From Octopus vulgaris (lineage: Eukaryota), in the NCBI GenBank assembly GCA_951406725.2, contig OX597815.1:117862001-117926000 (forward strand): a stretch of DNA of 64,000 nucleotides. The letters run 5' to 3'. Made by a program: the position numbers and the translations under genes. A model generated the notes under the pieces. It was not told the origin of the DNA. It saw only the letters and a list, made by a program, of their open reading frames with translations, and did no database searches. Positions 14,587 to 28,128 of the stretch are shown here, in pieces (positions within the stretch are counted from its first letter, which is position 1; each line of letters opens with the position of its first letter).

Positions 14587-15710
14587 TAATAAACACGTTT
14601 CATTTCAAAAACTGGCGATAATCACGTCTTCATCAGTACAATAACAGAACGACAGATTTCGCCAACACCGAATTTTTAAAAAAATAAATTAAATTAAATA
14701 TGAGAAAAATAAATAAGCGTTTGATAACATGTTATTTTTTTTTTCTTTCTGTCAGACTTGCAAGTAATTAAAGTGAAAATTTCATAATTTGTATTAATTT
14801 CGTAACAATCAAATTGTTGAAGTATATTAAATATAATTTGAGGGATGTGTGTTTACAGCTTTGAACTATAATATAATATAACATATTATAATATAATATA
14901 ATATAATATAATATAATATAATATAATGTGTGTGTGTATGTGTGTATGTGTTTATTCTCATGAGCTTGGTTAGTTGTGTGGAGAAATATTGGTCTCTAAT
15001 TACCTAACAACGTGGTTTTATGGGGTTTCTAAGGTGCAATTATCCATTCATATGTCGATAAATGCACACACACACACATACACACACTCACACACATACA
15101 TGTACACCAGTTACATGTACGCACGCAATTGATATATCTATAAAGAATCTGTAATCCATCTGAACATGTGTGTGTGTGTACACGTTTATTTACACACAAT
15201 TCAATAAAAAAAAATGGCATAAATATAACGTGTCTCTATCTTTCTGTATTATATTTGTATTTGTCTCTATACGTAACACTAAAACACAAACACACACGCA
15301 CACAGACAGACGAACACATTTACTTATACAGTAATACTGAAAAATCAACATGTGGACTTGTACGGCCATTAGTAGTCTACCCTGCTTGTTACAAAGTATA
15401 GGGTTCACACATCCGGTTGGGGCACCTTGTCTGGGAAAAGTCTTAAGAAGCATTAAAGAGAAAACAGGTCGTATTGTACGTTAAAATTCGCTCCCCCACC
15501 GTCCTTTTTTCTCCATGATCCTTGAGGGATGAAAGATAAAGTCTATTGAATAGATAAATATGTTATATATAAGATCAATATATAATATATATATAACATA
15601 TTTCGAAGTAAATATGATTACGCCTTAATACATTATTGTTATTTATTATACATTAATAATGTTGTATATCTGTAATAGAAGAAATCATAATTGCATACGG
15701 CTAATATATG

Positions 15711-15748
<38 letters not shown>

Positions 15749-15957
15749 GTATGCATGTATTTATTGAGTCGATGCTTGTTTCACCTATTCAAATATACAA
15801 GTGGCGAGGATTTGGTTGTATGACTAATTCGTGTGTGTGGGTTTTTCTAAGTCAGTTATAAGACTACAGATTTTACTGGAAACTGAATACTTCGATTATA
15901 ATAAACGCGGTATATTTTGACTGACTGGTACTTAATTTAATCAATCCCGTAAGGACG

Positions 15958-15988
<31 letters not shown>

Positions 15989-16788
15989 GGATGTCAGCAG
16001 CGGCAGGATTTGAACTCAGGACTTAGAGATAATAACTAACAAAACTAAAAATAAATGAAAATAAAAATAAATACATAAATAAAACTAAAGGCTTAGTGCT
16101 TTACAACATGACAAGCCTACTACTCTATGTATGTAATATTAATGGAAAAAGTATCAATATATTTGAATGAAGGTACTTTATGTGACGTTGGCTTGGTGCG
16201 CTTATTTAAAAACGCCACCCACACATTTTCACAAAAACTGTAGCATATAAACATACGCACACACACTTTATATGAATGAATACAATGAGACAACCTCCTC
16301 CGCACTGGACTGAGAAGACATGCTAGAAATACTAGCCAAATTCTCCCTAAGTTACACTGTACTGTCTCGGGAAAGGACGGGACACATTAACTAATAAATA
16401 TAGCAGTTCAATATATAAAACGATATATTATGAACAGGATGGTCATGTTTAGATTCTCTTTGATCATATATTTGTTTGCTGTCACAGCTGACTTGGAGCT
16501 GAACAACAACACAAAAAGATTAAAAGTCTTGCTTGTTAAAACTTTATATACTGTTTAAAATACAAGTTGTCATTAGTAATTTCATAAACAACGAAGTTAT
16601 AAATAACTGCATGTACCAAGTTGTACTCTGTGTTTGAATTATAGATAGAGACACGTTTAATCATATAAAATACATCAAATTGCTTACAGCACTTATTTCA
16701 GTCTGGGATTTTATCGATTTCACTATGTCGAACCGCAGTGTGTATGTATGTATGTATGTATGTATGTATGTATGTATGTATATATATG

Positions 16789-16832
<44 letters not shown>

Positions 16833-16885
16833 CACAGAGAGGGAGAGAGAGAGAGAGATACTGGCCGAAACCTATTAAAGTTATA

Positions 16886-16982
<97 letters not shown>

Positions 16983-17019
16983 CTAGTTCGATAGATAGAT
17001 AGATAGATAAAGACTGAGT

Positions 17020-17205
17020 GTCGGACAAAATGTTGTGCTGTGTATGCTCTGGTCTTCTACGTTCTGATTTCAAATCCCATCGAGTGAACTTTGCCTTTCA
17101 TCCTTCCGAGGGTCAATAAAGTAAAGTATCAGTCAAGTACAGGAAACGATTTAAATTACTAACCCACACTAGCTAAAACCTGCTGGCCTTGTGCAGAAAT
17201 TAGAA
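17020..17205 (+). mobile_element. SINE family B, diverged
   Basis: CTTTGCCTTTCATCCTTCCGAGGGTCAATAAAG...GGCCTTGTGC. Confidence 0.75.
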
Positions 17206-17634
17206 ACAACGCGTGTGTATGTATTTGTGTGGTGGGGGTGCGTGTCTGTACGGGTGCGCGTATGGGTGGAATGAAAACGAGAAAATGTCAAACTTCGGAG
17301 ACATGAACAAATAACATTAAAAATACTGTGGGATAGATGTAGATATAACATAAAGATTCACGAGACACACACACACACACACACCTTATATCGTATGTAG
17401 GTACATAAGATATAAGTAGATTTATATATCATCACTGATGTGAGATGTTTTGCTGAAAATATAACATGAATTTAATAAAACATGAACATAATTTGAATTC
17501 AAAAATCTCAATTATCACAACGTCTAGTAAAGTTCATGTTACGCTGTGGATCACACACAATACAGACACAAACTACACACACGGACTTCTACTGATATAT
17601 CACAGCGTATATAACGAATGATATGTACACACAG

Positions 17635-17676
<42 letters not shown>

Positions 17677-17858
17677 TGTTCGCTTCGTTACGTAGTTTTA
17701 CTTTCATAAACATAAACATGAATATACAAGCACATGTATATATATATATATATATTTGAATGTATGTATATATACAATTACAGACAACACAAGCACATGT
17801 ATTCACACGCACACACATATACATACATACATACATAATACATACATACATACATACA

Positions 17859-17894
<36 letters not shown>

Positions 17895-19101
17895 TATATC
17901 GATATATTTATATACAGACATGTGTGCAATTGCATGTGTCTGTGTATATGTGTTAAATACATTTATATACATGTATATACACGGACGGATATGATATCTG
18001 TAATAACAACCCTATTAATATACACACCTGCAGTTTTCAGTAGATTATCTGTACATTTGAATCCAAATCTCCAGGTAAGACAAATTCGTATATAGATAGA
18101 TAGGTATTTTGTGTACGTATATTTAGATATACGTATATATTCCGTTATAGTAATTTATCCTTCTATTAAACTGGCAGTAGTATACACAGACAATGAGTGA
18201 ATAGTGATAACACGGTACAGCTTGTCTTTTGTTCGTTGTCGTCGCCTTATTCTTTTGTATTAAGATCTTGTCACTGTCATCGAGGTAAATACATCTGATA
18301 TACTGGATGTCAACTGCCGTTGATGCTTGTTTTACAGTACTGGCTCGATTCACCACGCACACACGGAAGTACTTTGAGCAGGAAGACCCTTCTATGTGCC
18401 TGCTCGTAAATCTCAAGAAAGATAAAAGTACGTGCGTATGCGCGTACTTAAGTGTTTTGTGTGATTACTGTGTACATACACACACATGTATATGTGTGTA
18501 TGTGCGCGCGTGTGTGTGTGTGTGTGTGTGTATGTGTACGATTTTGTCTTATTAGCGTGTCAGCGCGAATTGATGTCGCCTTCGACTACAAGCAAAATAT
18601 ATAGGTAAGAATCCGATTATCGTGTGGGCCAGACATAGCCAACCTTCACGCTCACACCCTTTTTGACTGACTGTTGTCGGTTATTAAACAAACGGCAGAC
18701 AAACAAATGTGAATGGGAAGTAGAGAGAGAGGGAGGGAGGGAGGGAGAGAGAGAGAAAGAGAGAACAAGAAGACAAAACGAGTGGGAAAAAGAGGAAGAG
18801 AAAGTCATAGAGAGAGAGAGAGTGAGAGAGAGAGAATATGAGAGACGATAGAAGCTACAATGTTGAAGATGTGGGTTGTAGAATCAGGCGGATTACTGTT
18901 TTAAATACACGTAAAGAAAGAGAGAGAGAGGGAGTGAGGAAGAGAGGGACGGGAAGAGTGACGAAAGAGGGAAAAACAGAGGGAGAGAGATACTAGAGGA
19001 GAAAGGAAGAGTAAGAAGGGGAAACAAAGAAAGAGAGAGTGAAAAAGTAAGGAAGAAAGTTTGTGTATAAATGAATAAATATATATATATATATATATAT
19101 G

Positions 19102-19145
<44 letters not shown>

Positions 19146-19177
19146 TTGTGGATATATATATATAGAGAGAGAGTGGT

Positions 19178-19228
<51 letters not shown>

Positions 19229-19351
19229 TTGTATATATATATATATATATATATATACATAAATATATTTGTATGTATGTATATATTTATGTCTGTGTCT
19301 GTGTGTACATATGTATACACAGATATGTGTATATGTATATATTTATATATA

Positions 19352-19440
<89 letters not shown>

Positions 19441-19462
19441 CTATATCTATATCTATCTATCT

Positions 19463-19522
<60 letters not shown>

Positions 19523-19582
19523 GTATAAATTTATATGAATATGTGTAAATGTGTGTGTTGCGCCTACGTACGTTTGTATATT

Positions 19583-19632
<50 letters not shown>

Positions 19633-19919
19633 CTGTGTGTGTATGTGTGTATGTGAATGAAAAGACTGTAAACAAAAACAAGTATACGAATGAGTGGGAG
19701 TCTAAAGTGAAAGAGAAGAAGCATTTGTGAATTGTTCCCCTCCTTCTCTCACACACAGCCACGTTCTGCTTTGCTTTCCTTGTTGGACAGCGAGGGCAGC
19801 GGCGGCGGCGTACTTGTTCAGCCATTGCAGCCGTGCAGCCGCGAGCTGCCAGCCCGGCATGGCAGATCGTGATTATTTTGTAGCTAGTGTACTCATCTTT
19901 CTGTAAACAAGTGTACACA

Positions 19920-20795
19920 CGTATGTACACATGTATGTATGTATGTATGTATGTATGTATGTATGTATGTATGTATGTATGTATGTATGTATGTATGTAT
20001 GTATGAATGTATGTATGTATGTATGTATGTATGTATGTATGTATGTATGTATGGTTGGATGGATGTATGTATGTATGTATGAATGTATGTATGTATTATG
20101 TATGTATGAATGTATGTATGTATGTATGTGTGTATGTATGTATGTATGTATGTATGTATGTATGTATGTATGTATGTATGTATGCATGTATGTATATATG
20201 TATGTATGAATGTATGTATGTATGTATGTATGTATGTATGTATGTATGTATGTATGTATGAATGTATGTGTGTGTGTGTATGTATGTATGTATGTATGTA
20301 TGTATGTATGTATGTATGTGTGTGTGTATGTATGTATGTATGTATGTATGTATGTGTGTGTGTCTGTATGTATGTATGAATATATGTATGTATGTATATA
20401 TGTATGTATGTATGTATGAATGCATGTATGTATGTATGCATGTATGAATGTATGTATGTGTGTGTGTATGTATGTATGTATGTATGTATGTGTGTGTGTA
20501 TGTATGTATGTATGTATGTATGTATGTATGTATGTATGTATGTGTGTGTGTATGTATGTATGTATGTATGTATGTATGTATGTATGTATGTATGTATGTA
20601 TGTATGTATGTATGTATGTATGTATGTATGCATGTATGCATGTATGTATGCATGTATGTATGTATGTATGTATGTATGCATGTATGTATGTATGTATGTA
20701 TGTATGAATGTATGTATGTATGTGTGTATGTATGTATGAATGTATGTATGTATGTATGTATGTATGTATGTATGTATGTATGTATGTATGTATGT
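19920..20795. repeat. Long imperfect (TATG)n tetranucleotide array, about 870 bp
   Basis: Directly visible; accounts for all MYVC/HTYI ORFs here. Confidence 0.98.
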
Positions 20796-20887
20796 GGGCA
20801 CAAACACTCGCACACTTATATATTTGTGTGTGTGTGTGTATGTGCATGTGTGCATATATGTGTATGTATACATATATATGTGTATGT

Positions 20888-21030
20888 AGGTGCAGGCGCT
20901 GTGTGGTAAGAAACTTGCTTCCCAACCACATGGTTCCGTGTTCAGTCCTACTGCGTGGCACCTTGGGCAAAGTATCCGGTCAAAGACCTCTGAGCGAATT
21001 TGGTACACGGACACTGAAAGAAGCCCGTTG

Positions 21031-21066
<36 letters not shown>

Positions 21067-21391
21067 TCTTTATGAATGAGAAAATGAAGTAACTGGGGAA
21101 AATTGAAGTTCAGATGTCATTTATTTAAAGACATTCAAATTTATACAGAGAAATTCCTACACACAGGAATTCCTCTGTGAATTTGAATGTCTTTAAATAA
21201 ATAAAGTCTCTTCGTCAAATTTTTGCATTTTCTTCATTTTCTTATTTAGAAAGGTTTATTTAAATACCTGTACGTTTCGGTGATAAACTAATATACTTGG
21301 TTTACATTGAATGCTGGTAAAAACCGGAGAACTAGGATGCTCGCATCCCTTAAGGGACTTTAGTTCCCTGTCTTAATAATATATATATGTA

Positions 21392-21431
<40 letters not shown>

Positions 21432-21614
21432 CTGTGTTTTTCCCCTCACCGGCGCTTGACAACCGATGTTGGTGTGTTTACATTCCCGCAACTTCCCGTT
21501 CGACAAAAGAAACCGATAGAATTGTACCAGGCTTTCAAGGAATAAGTGCTGGGGTTGATTTGTTCGACTAAAGACGGTGCTCCAGCATGGCCGAAGTCAA
21601 ATGACTGAAACAAG
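20888..21614 (+). mobile_element. SINE family A split by an insert of about 320 bp in its microsatellite linker
   Basis: Head at 20888-21030 and right module at 21445-21614, with unrelated sequence 21062-21380 between two (TA)-rich tracts. Confidence 0.75.
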
Positions 21615-21755
21615 AAAAATAATATATAAAAATATATATAAAAAATTAATCCCCCCAAAAAAAAAGAGAAAAACAAGAAAAACACAACGCGAGAACCTGG
21701 TACACGCAAAGTATTAATACGACACCCAGGGAAGGAAAGCAAAGGTGTATATACA

Positions 21756-21834
<79 letters not shown>

Positions 21835-21848
21835 ATGCACTCACATAC

Positions 21849-22365
21849 ATCATCATCATCATCATCATCGTTTAGCGTCCGCTTTCCATGCTAGCATGGG
21901 TTGGACGGGTCAACTGGGGTCTGTGAAGCTGGAAGGCTTCGTCAGGCCCAATCAGATCTGGCAGTGTTTCTACGGCTGGATGCCCTTCCTAACGCCAACC
22001 ACTCCGCGAGTGTAGTGGGTGTTTTTTACGTGCCACCTGCACAGGTGCCAGACAGAGCTGGCGAACGGCCACGAACGGATGGTGCTTTTACGTGTCACCG
22101 GCACGGGGCCAGGCAATGCTGGCAACGGACACGAACGGATGGTGCTTTTACGTGCCACCGACACGGGGCCAGACAGAGCTGGCAACCGGCCACGAACGGA
22201 CGGTGCTTTTACGTGTCACCGGCACGGGGGCCAGCCGAGGCTGGCAACGGACGCGAACGGATGGTGCTTTTACGTGCCACCGACACGGTTGCCAGACAGA
22301 GCTGGCAAACGGCCACGAGCGGACGGTGCTTTTACGTGTCACCGGCACGGGGGCCAGCCGAGGCT
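21849..22365 (-). mobile_element. RTE-related non-autonomous retroelement with (GAT)n tail and internal GC-rich minisatellite
   Basis: Minus strand has GGTTGGCGTTAGGAAGGGCATCCAGCCGTAGAAA (resembles an RTE/Expander UTR motif) and ends GCGGACGCTAAACGATGATGATG. Confidence 0.6.
22020..22365. repeat. Minisatellite of about 60 bp, roughly 5.5 units
   Basis: GGTGCTTTTACGTG recurs at 22081, 22141, 22202, 22263 and 22326. Confidence 0.95.
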
Positions 22366-22405
22366 GTATATGTATGTATGTATGTAGAGAGAGAGGAAGA
22401 GATAG

Positions 22406-22437
<32 letters not shown>

Positions 22438-23494
22438 CGAGAGAGATAGAGAGAGAGAGAGAGCGAGAGAGATAGAGAGAGGAGGAGGGGGGATGGAGAG
22501 AGATAGGCACGGTATGACCGAATGAGTTAGAAGTTCGTGTCCCAACAGCGAGGTGTAGGGTTCGATCCGACTGAATGCCATTTTGCGTAACTGTCATTTT
22601 CCTTACCACCGGGCCGACCCAGTGATGTTGGCAGAATGTGAAACGCTCGGGAAAGCCTTTCAATTTGCCTTACCTGTCTTCCTACTCCCTTATACAGGCC
22701 AATACAGCAGACCCAAAAGTACTGTCACGGAAAAGCGTTACTCGGGGGGGACCATACCCTTCGCCTTCCCAATATATCACTAGGGTCTACTTTATGAATG
22801 AAATTGGCTTGACGGAAAGTGTAGAGAGGTCCCACGAATGGATTGTACATTGAATTCAGTGAAACGTCCATGTCACTCTTTGTATCTCTCATTCAGATGA
22901 TCGAACAACTAAACTGTCATCGTCGAAACTGACGGAGAACCACACACACACACACACACACATATGGACACGTCCTCCGCACCCAGTACACTGATAAGTC
23001 ATATGAAGCTGAGTCAAGCTGTTATTAAATATATATATATATACGTAACACCTGCCAAATGTGTTGGTTGTCACTTTTACATACATACAAATATGTAGAT
23101 AGCTGAATAGAAGAATAAGGAGATATTAATGACGATGATGATGAAAAACAAGCGACCCTATTCTCGTGTCCATCATTCGATTTTCATCATTTCCACTCTT
23201 TCATTATCCATATGCTATTTTGACCGCCATGTTTTACCTCTCCTGTATTGTCCATTCTGCATATTAGCCTTTCATGGTGGAAAAAAACCCAAATTTCCAC
23301 CGGAAAAATAATTCAAGTGACCCCACTACTTTGTTAATCGACCCGTAAAAGATGGAAAGGAAAATTACTCTCAGTTGGATTTGAACCCAGATTACTCAAT
23401 CGCAACTCATTTAAACCCAGCGAGTCCATGAGTTTAGCAACTTACCAATGTACGATATGTGTGCGAGCGCCTATTATGTATGTATGTATGTATG

Positions 23495-23546
<52 letters not shown>

Positions 23547-23560
23547 TAAATATATATATG

Positions 23561-23622
<62 letters not shown>

Positions 23623-23849
23623 CACGGAGGTGAGAGTTCGAGTCTCATAGCCGACCGCCAACACTTTTTTCTGCAAAATAGGGGTAGCTTATCCTGTTCA
23701 GGCTATATTATTAGCATTATCCTGCGTTTGAGAATTTAAAATCACTTCTTTAACTTTCTAAGACATCTCAACACTTCTAAAGCAAACTTCGTTTGTTTGT
23801 TTACGTTCATCGTAATTTGAATTTAATATATATATATATATATATATAT

Positions 23850-24030
23850 AGGGAGAGTTTACGAAAAAAAACAAAAAAAAAGACGAAGACAGATGGTGTA
23901 CAAAACAAACAGATGTATTAGTATAACGCTCGGGATTAGAAAATGTATTTTACGTTTCGAGCCTACGATCTTCTACAGAAAGGGACACAGAAAAAACAAG
24001 GAGAGAAAAAAATGTGTGTAGTGGCTAACG
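23850..24030 (-). mobile_element. Short dispersed repeat (family P), possible Penelope-like terminal-repeat relic
   Basis: Consensus GAAGAGCGTAGGCTCGAAACGT...CCCGAGCGTTAAACTAATAC shared with copies at 24660, 33470 and 59590; flanked by (TA)n. Confidence 0.6.
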
Positions 24031-24659
24031 ATATGTACATACCTACATATATATGTATATATACATGCATATATGGGTACAGGACATAAAAAAAAAAAAC
24101 GTGGGCAGAATGAGAAACGAGAACATAGAAAACAAAAACAGAAAACGAACATTTTTTCGAACAACCAAAAAAACAAACAAACAGGAGTACAGAACGTCAC
24201 CAGCTGTAAACAACATGAAGTATGAAAGCAAATAAGTTCAATACGCAAACAGTGAGAAAAAAAGATGGAGAACAGCAAATCGTTGTAAGTCCAAAACGTT
24301 GCTTTTTTTCAGAAAACAGAAATAGTTTCACCATTCCATTTCTTTTTACTTTAGCAACAGTTGGGTGAATAAAATCGTAACTCCATGCATGTATAATATT
24401 TTCTGTCAGAAATATTTTTCGCAAAACTGTCGTATGTGAGACTTAATACACTTTTGAAAAATGCTAAATCGTTCTGCTACACTTTGATGATTTTCATATC
24501 TTGGTATCTGAAGCCACTGGAGATTCGATAGCTTGACCAAAAGCAACAGCTTTTACAAGTATAATTAAGTATTGAAAAAAAAAAGCATTTAACCAAATTT
24601 GGACATACTACAATTTAACATAATAGTAACGATATATCCGCTAAATCAACAAGTTCTTT

Positions 24660-24820
24660 TTCATTCCCTCTGTGTTTATTTTCTCTTTTTCCTTTCTGTT
24701 GAAGAGCGTAAGCTCGAAACGTAACAGACATTTTCATTTTCCCGACCGTCAAACTAATACGCCTGCTTGTTGCTCATATACCTGTCTTCGTCTTTTGTTT
24801 TTCTATAAATTTCAACTATA
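24660..24820 (+). mobile_element. Family P repeat
   Basis: TTGAAGAGCGTAAGCTCGAAACGTAAC...ACCTGTCTTCGTCTTTTG followed by (TA)n. Confidence 0.6.
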
Positions 24821-24904
24821 TATATACATAAAAACAAACAAACACTCATATAAATGAATATACACTCATGTACGTATGTATGTGTGTGTATATATATATA
24901 TGTT

Positions 24905-24946
<42 letters not shown>

Positions 24947-24948
24947 TG

Positions 24949-24980
<32 letters not shown>

Positions 24981-24986
24981 CGTTTG

Positions 24987-25039
<53 letters not shown>

Positions 25040-25130
25040 TAGGTACTCACACACATGCCATACATTGGTAAGTTGCCAAAGTCATTGACTTGCTGGGCAG
25101 AAATGTCGAGCAAAATGTGTACCAATTGAG

Positions 25131-25162
<32 letters not shown>

Positions 25163-25403
25163 TGTATGTATGTATGTTTTTTTCCTGAAGCTGAAAAACT
25201 TACAAAAAAAAAATTTGCATTGCAAAACATCAGACAAAATTATTTACTCTAACTTGCTTTGCGCCTATGTATTCATGTGCCACGTTAATTCTGCCCAAGG
25301 ATTTATGTTTAACGTTACACATATCTGTGGAATACTCAGCCACTTACATCATTATTTGAGTAGGTACTTCTGTCACTTTGTCTGTCTCTCTCACTCTCTT
25401 TCA

Positions 25404-25444
<41 letters not shown>

Positions 25445-25480
25445 CTTACACATACACACTCACATATATGCGTTCGTATT

Positions 25481-25512
<32 letters not shown>

Positions 25513-25577
25513 TGTATGTATGTATGTATTATGTATTATGTATGTATGTATGTACGTACGTACGTATGGGGGAAGTT

Positions 25578-25900
25578 CGTGGCCTTGCGGTTAGCGTATG
25601 CAGCTCATGATCGTAAGGTCGTTAGTTCGATTCCCGGCCGTGCATTGTGTACTTCAGCAAGACACTTTATTTCACATTGTTCCAATCTACTCAGTTGGCG
25701 AAAATTAGTTGTATCAGGAATTCAAAAGGCCGATTTTGTTACATGTCAATTCTATGTTACGCTGAATCTCCCCGCGGACAACGTTAAGGGTACGCGTGTC
25801 TATGGAGTGACCAGTCACATGCGTGTGAATTCTAAGACCAGGTTGTTCCGTTAATCGAATCAAACTGGAACACTCGTCGTTGTAACCGACGGAGAACCAC
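25578..25900 (+). mobile_element. tRNA-derived SINE family C
   Basis: Head GTGGCCTTGCGGTTAG...GTTCGATTCCCGGC, core AGCAAGACACTTTATTTCAC, tail GTTCCGTTAATCGAATCAAACTGGAAC. Confidence 0.8.
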
Positions 25901-26410
25901 AATGTGCGTACGTTCGAAAGAAACATAAGCACTGCCTCGTAGCTAGACTGTGTGCCGCCCCCGGACCCCACAAAAAACACATATTGCCTACAGCAATAGC
26001 CTGTAACAGGATGAAAAGTCCCCCCCCCCCCCTACCAGCTATGCTAGTGGTCCTAGCACTCATTGGGCTGATTACCATGACGTGTATGTGACCGACATCA
26101 CAGTGTTTCCCCTAAACTGGAGGTAAGTCCATCACGAGGTCACTCATTTACAGCGGAACGCACTGAAGCAACCTGAAAAGTGTTTTGCTCAAAAACACGT
26201 GACTGCCCAGTCCAGGAATCAAACCCGTAATCTAACGATCCGTCTGGCGGATTATTATACGGTTTTAGTCGAACCAAATTCTTTCAAAAGGTATGAGTAG
26301 ATCCGCTGCTATAGAAAAAGACACATGCAGTGGAATAGAACATGTGACCTTGCTGTTGTGAAACGAACTTTTAACCATTTAGCCATGTAGCACTTACAGA
26401 TGCTTCTACT

Positions 26411-26985
26411 ATCGTAGGAGCACTACGTCGGTCACGACGACGAGGGTCCCAGCCGATACGATCAACGGAACAGCTGGCTCGTGAAATTAACGTGTAAGTG
26501 GCTGAGCACTCCACTGCCCTAACCACTAAGCTACGCGCCTTCATTATCATCGTGGCACTCGGTCGGTTACGACGACGAGGGTTCCAGTTGATCCGATCAA
26601 CGGAACAGCTGGCTCGTGAAATTAACGTGTAAGTGGCTGAGCATTCCACTGCACTGCCCTAACCACTAAGCTACGCGCCTTCACTATCATCGTGGCACTC
26701 GGTCGGTTACGACGACGAGGGTTCCAGTTGATCCGATCAACGGAACAGCTGGCTCGTGAAATTAACATGCAAGTGGCTGAGAACTCTCAGGGAGATTCAG
26801 CGTGATACAAAGTGTGACACGGCTGGCCCTTTGAAATACAGGTACCACTCATTTTTACCAGCTGAGTGGACTAGAGGAACGTGAAATAAAGTGTTTTGCT
26901 CAAGGACGCAACGCGTCGCCGGGGATTGAACTCATGACCTTAAGATCGTGAGCCGAATGCTCTAACCACTAAGCCACGTGTCTTC
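26411..26985 (-). mobile_element. SINE family C full copy (26689-26985) plus two tandem deleted mini-copies of about 140 bp
   Basis: Near-identical repeat units start at 26411, 26549 and 26689. Confidence 0.85.
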
Positions 26986-27054
26986 TCTATCATAATGACA
27001 TAATGAATAAAGTATTGATCAGTCCTCTCTCAAATAAATCTATTATATTTTATC

Positions 27055-27410
27055 TTTTACTTGTTTCGTTCTTTGGACTGTGGCCATACTGGGGCACCAC
27101 TTTAAAGGGTTTCGTCGAAAAAAGTCGATCCCAGTACTTACGTTCTTTTTAAACCTGGTTCTTATTGCATCGGTCTCTTTTTGCCGAACATTTATGTTAT
27201 CGAGACATAAACAAACCAACACGGGTTGTGAAACAGTGGTGGGACACACACACACACACAAGCACACATTTATATACGACGGGCTTCTTTCTGCTTCTGT
27301 CTAACAAAGCTACTCACAATATTTAGGGCGGTCTTGATGCTATAACAGAAGACAGATACCCAAGATGTCACACCGTGGAACTGAACTCGGAACCACATGG
27401 TTGGGAAGCC
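27055..27410 (-). mobile_element. SINE family A, diverged
   Basis: Colinear with other A copies. Confidence 0.8.
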
Positions 27411-27828
27411 ATGAAATAAGACAAAAAGAGGAAAAGCATGAGTTTGCACTCCACTGTTATGGCATGTATAAACCTGAATTTTAAGCGGCTGAAATGTATG
27501 AATCTAATGGTCATTCGAAGATGGATATCATTTAAAATATTTGTAATGATTTCCAGTTCGAAGTTCGAATAGCGATAATGCTACTTCAATGAAGCGAAAA
27601 AAGGAAAGAAACTTGAATGAAAGTTCAATGTCGAATGACAAGAAATCAACTATGGAATTCTTTTTTTGAGTCTCTCATTCTCTTTCAGTCTTTAAGTTCA
27701 AACGTCAGGGAGAAACAGTCAATAACATTCTCACAAGTTATGACATAACTTGGAATATATTGCCCGACTATATATGTATGTATAGTTCTATATCTATAAA
27801 TATATGTGTGTATATATATATATATATA

Positions 27829-28128
27829 TCACGTGATCACGTGACCGACTAGGCTATCAGATGTTGTTATACATCGCTGGTCACAATGCGCTTCGCATTG
27901 TTTTACCCTTCAAATGACGCCACCCCGCTGGCTTAGCGAGCAGGCCAACAGAAGAAAGTGTGAGAGAAAGTTGCGGGGAAAGGGTTCAGTAGGGATCGCC
28001 ACCGCCCACTGCCTGAGCCTCGTGGAGCTTTTAGGTGTTTTCGCTCAAAAAACACTCACAACGCCCGGTCTGGGAATCGAAACCGCGATCCTACGACCGC
28101 GAGTCCGCTGTCCTAACCACTGGGCCAT
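27829..28128 (-). mobile_element. tRNA-derived SINE family D
   Basis: Minus-strand head TGGCCCAGTGGTTAGGACAGCGGACTC...GGTTTCGATTCCC; the 3' part recurs at 33745-33865 (+) and 38395-38490 (-). Confidence 0.8.

Noticed and set aside
14590-14640. Minus-strand CTGATGA as a further hammerhead
   Set aside because: No GAAAC-GTH with compatible stems follows.
19873-21014. 365-373 aa ORFs and the many MYVC/HTYI/IYIY/LSIY ORFs across the window
   Set aside because: They are translations of di- and tetranucleotide microsatellites that lack stop codons by construction.
22020-22365. Possible CRISPR-like array (also 26411-26780)
   Set aside because: The intervening sequences are themselves repeated rather than unique spacers, there are no cas genes, and the context is eukaryotic.
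25578-25640. tRNA genes (also about 28060-28128 and the heads of families A and B)
   Set aside because: A/B boxes are present but the cloverleaf is imperfect, and each continues into a SINE body.
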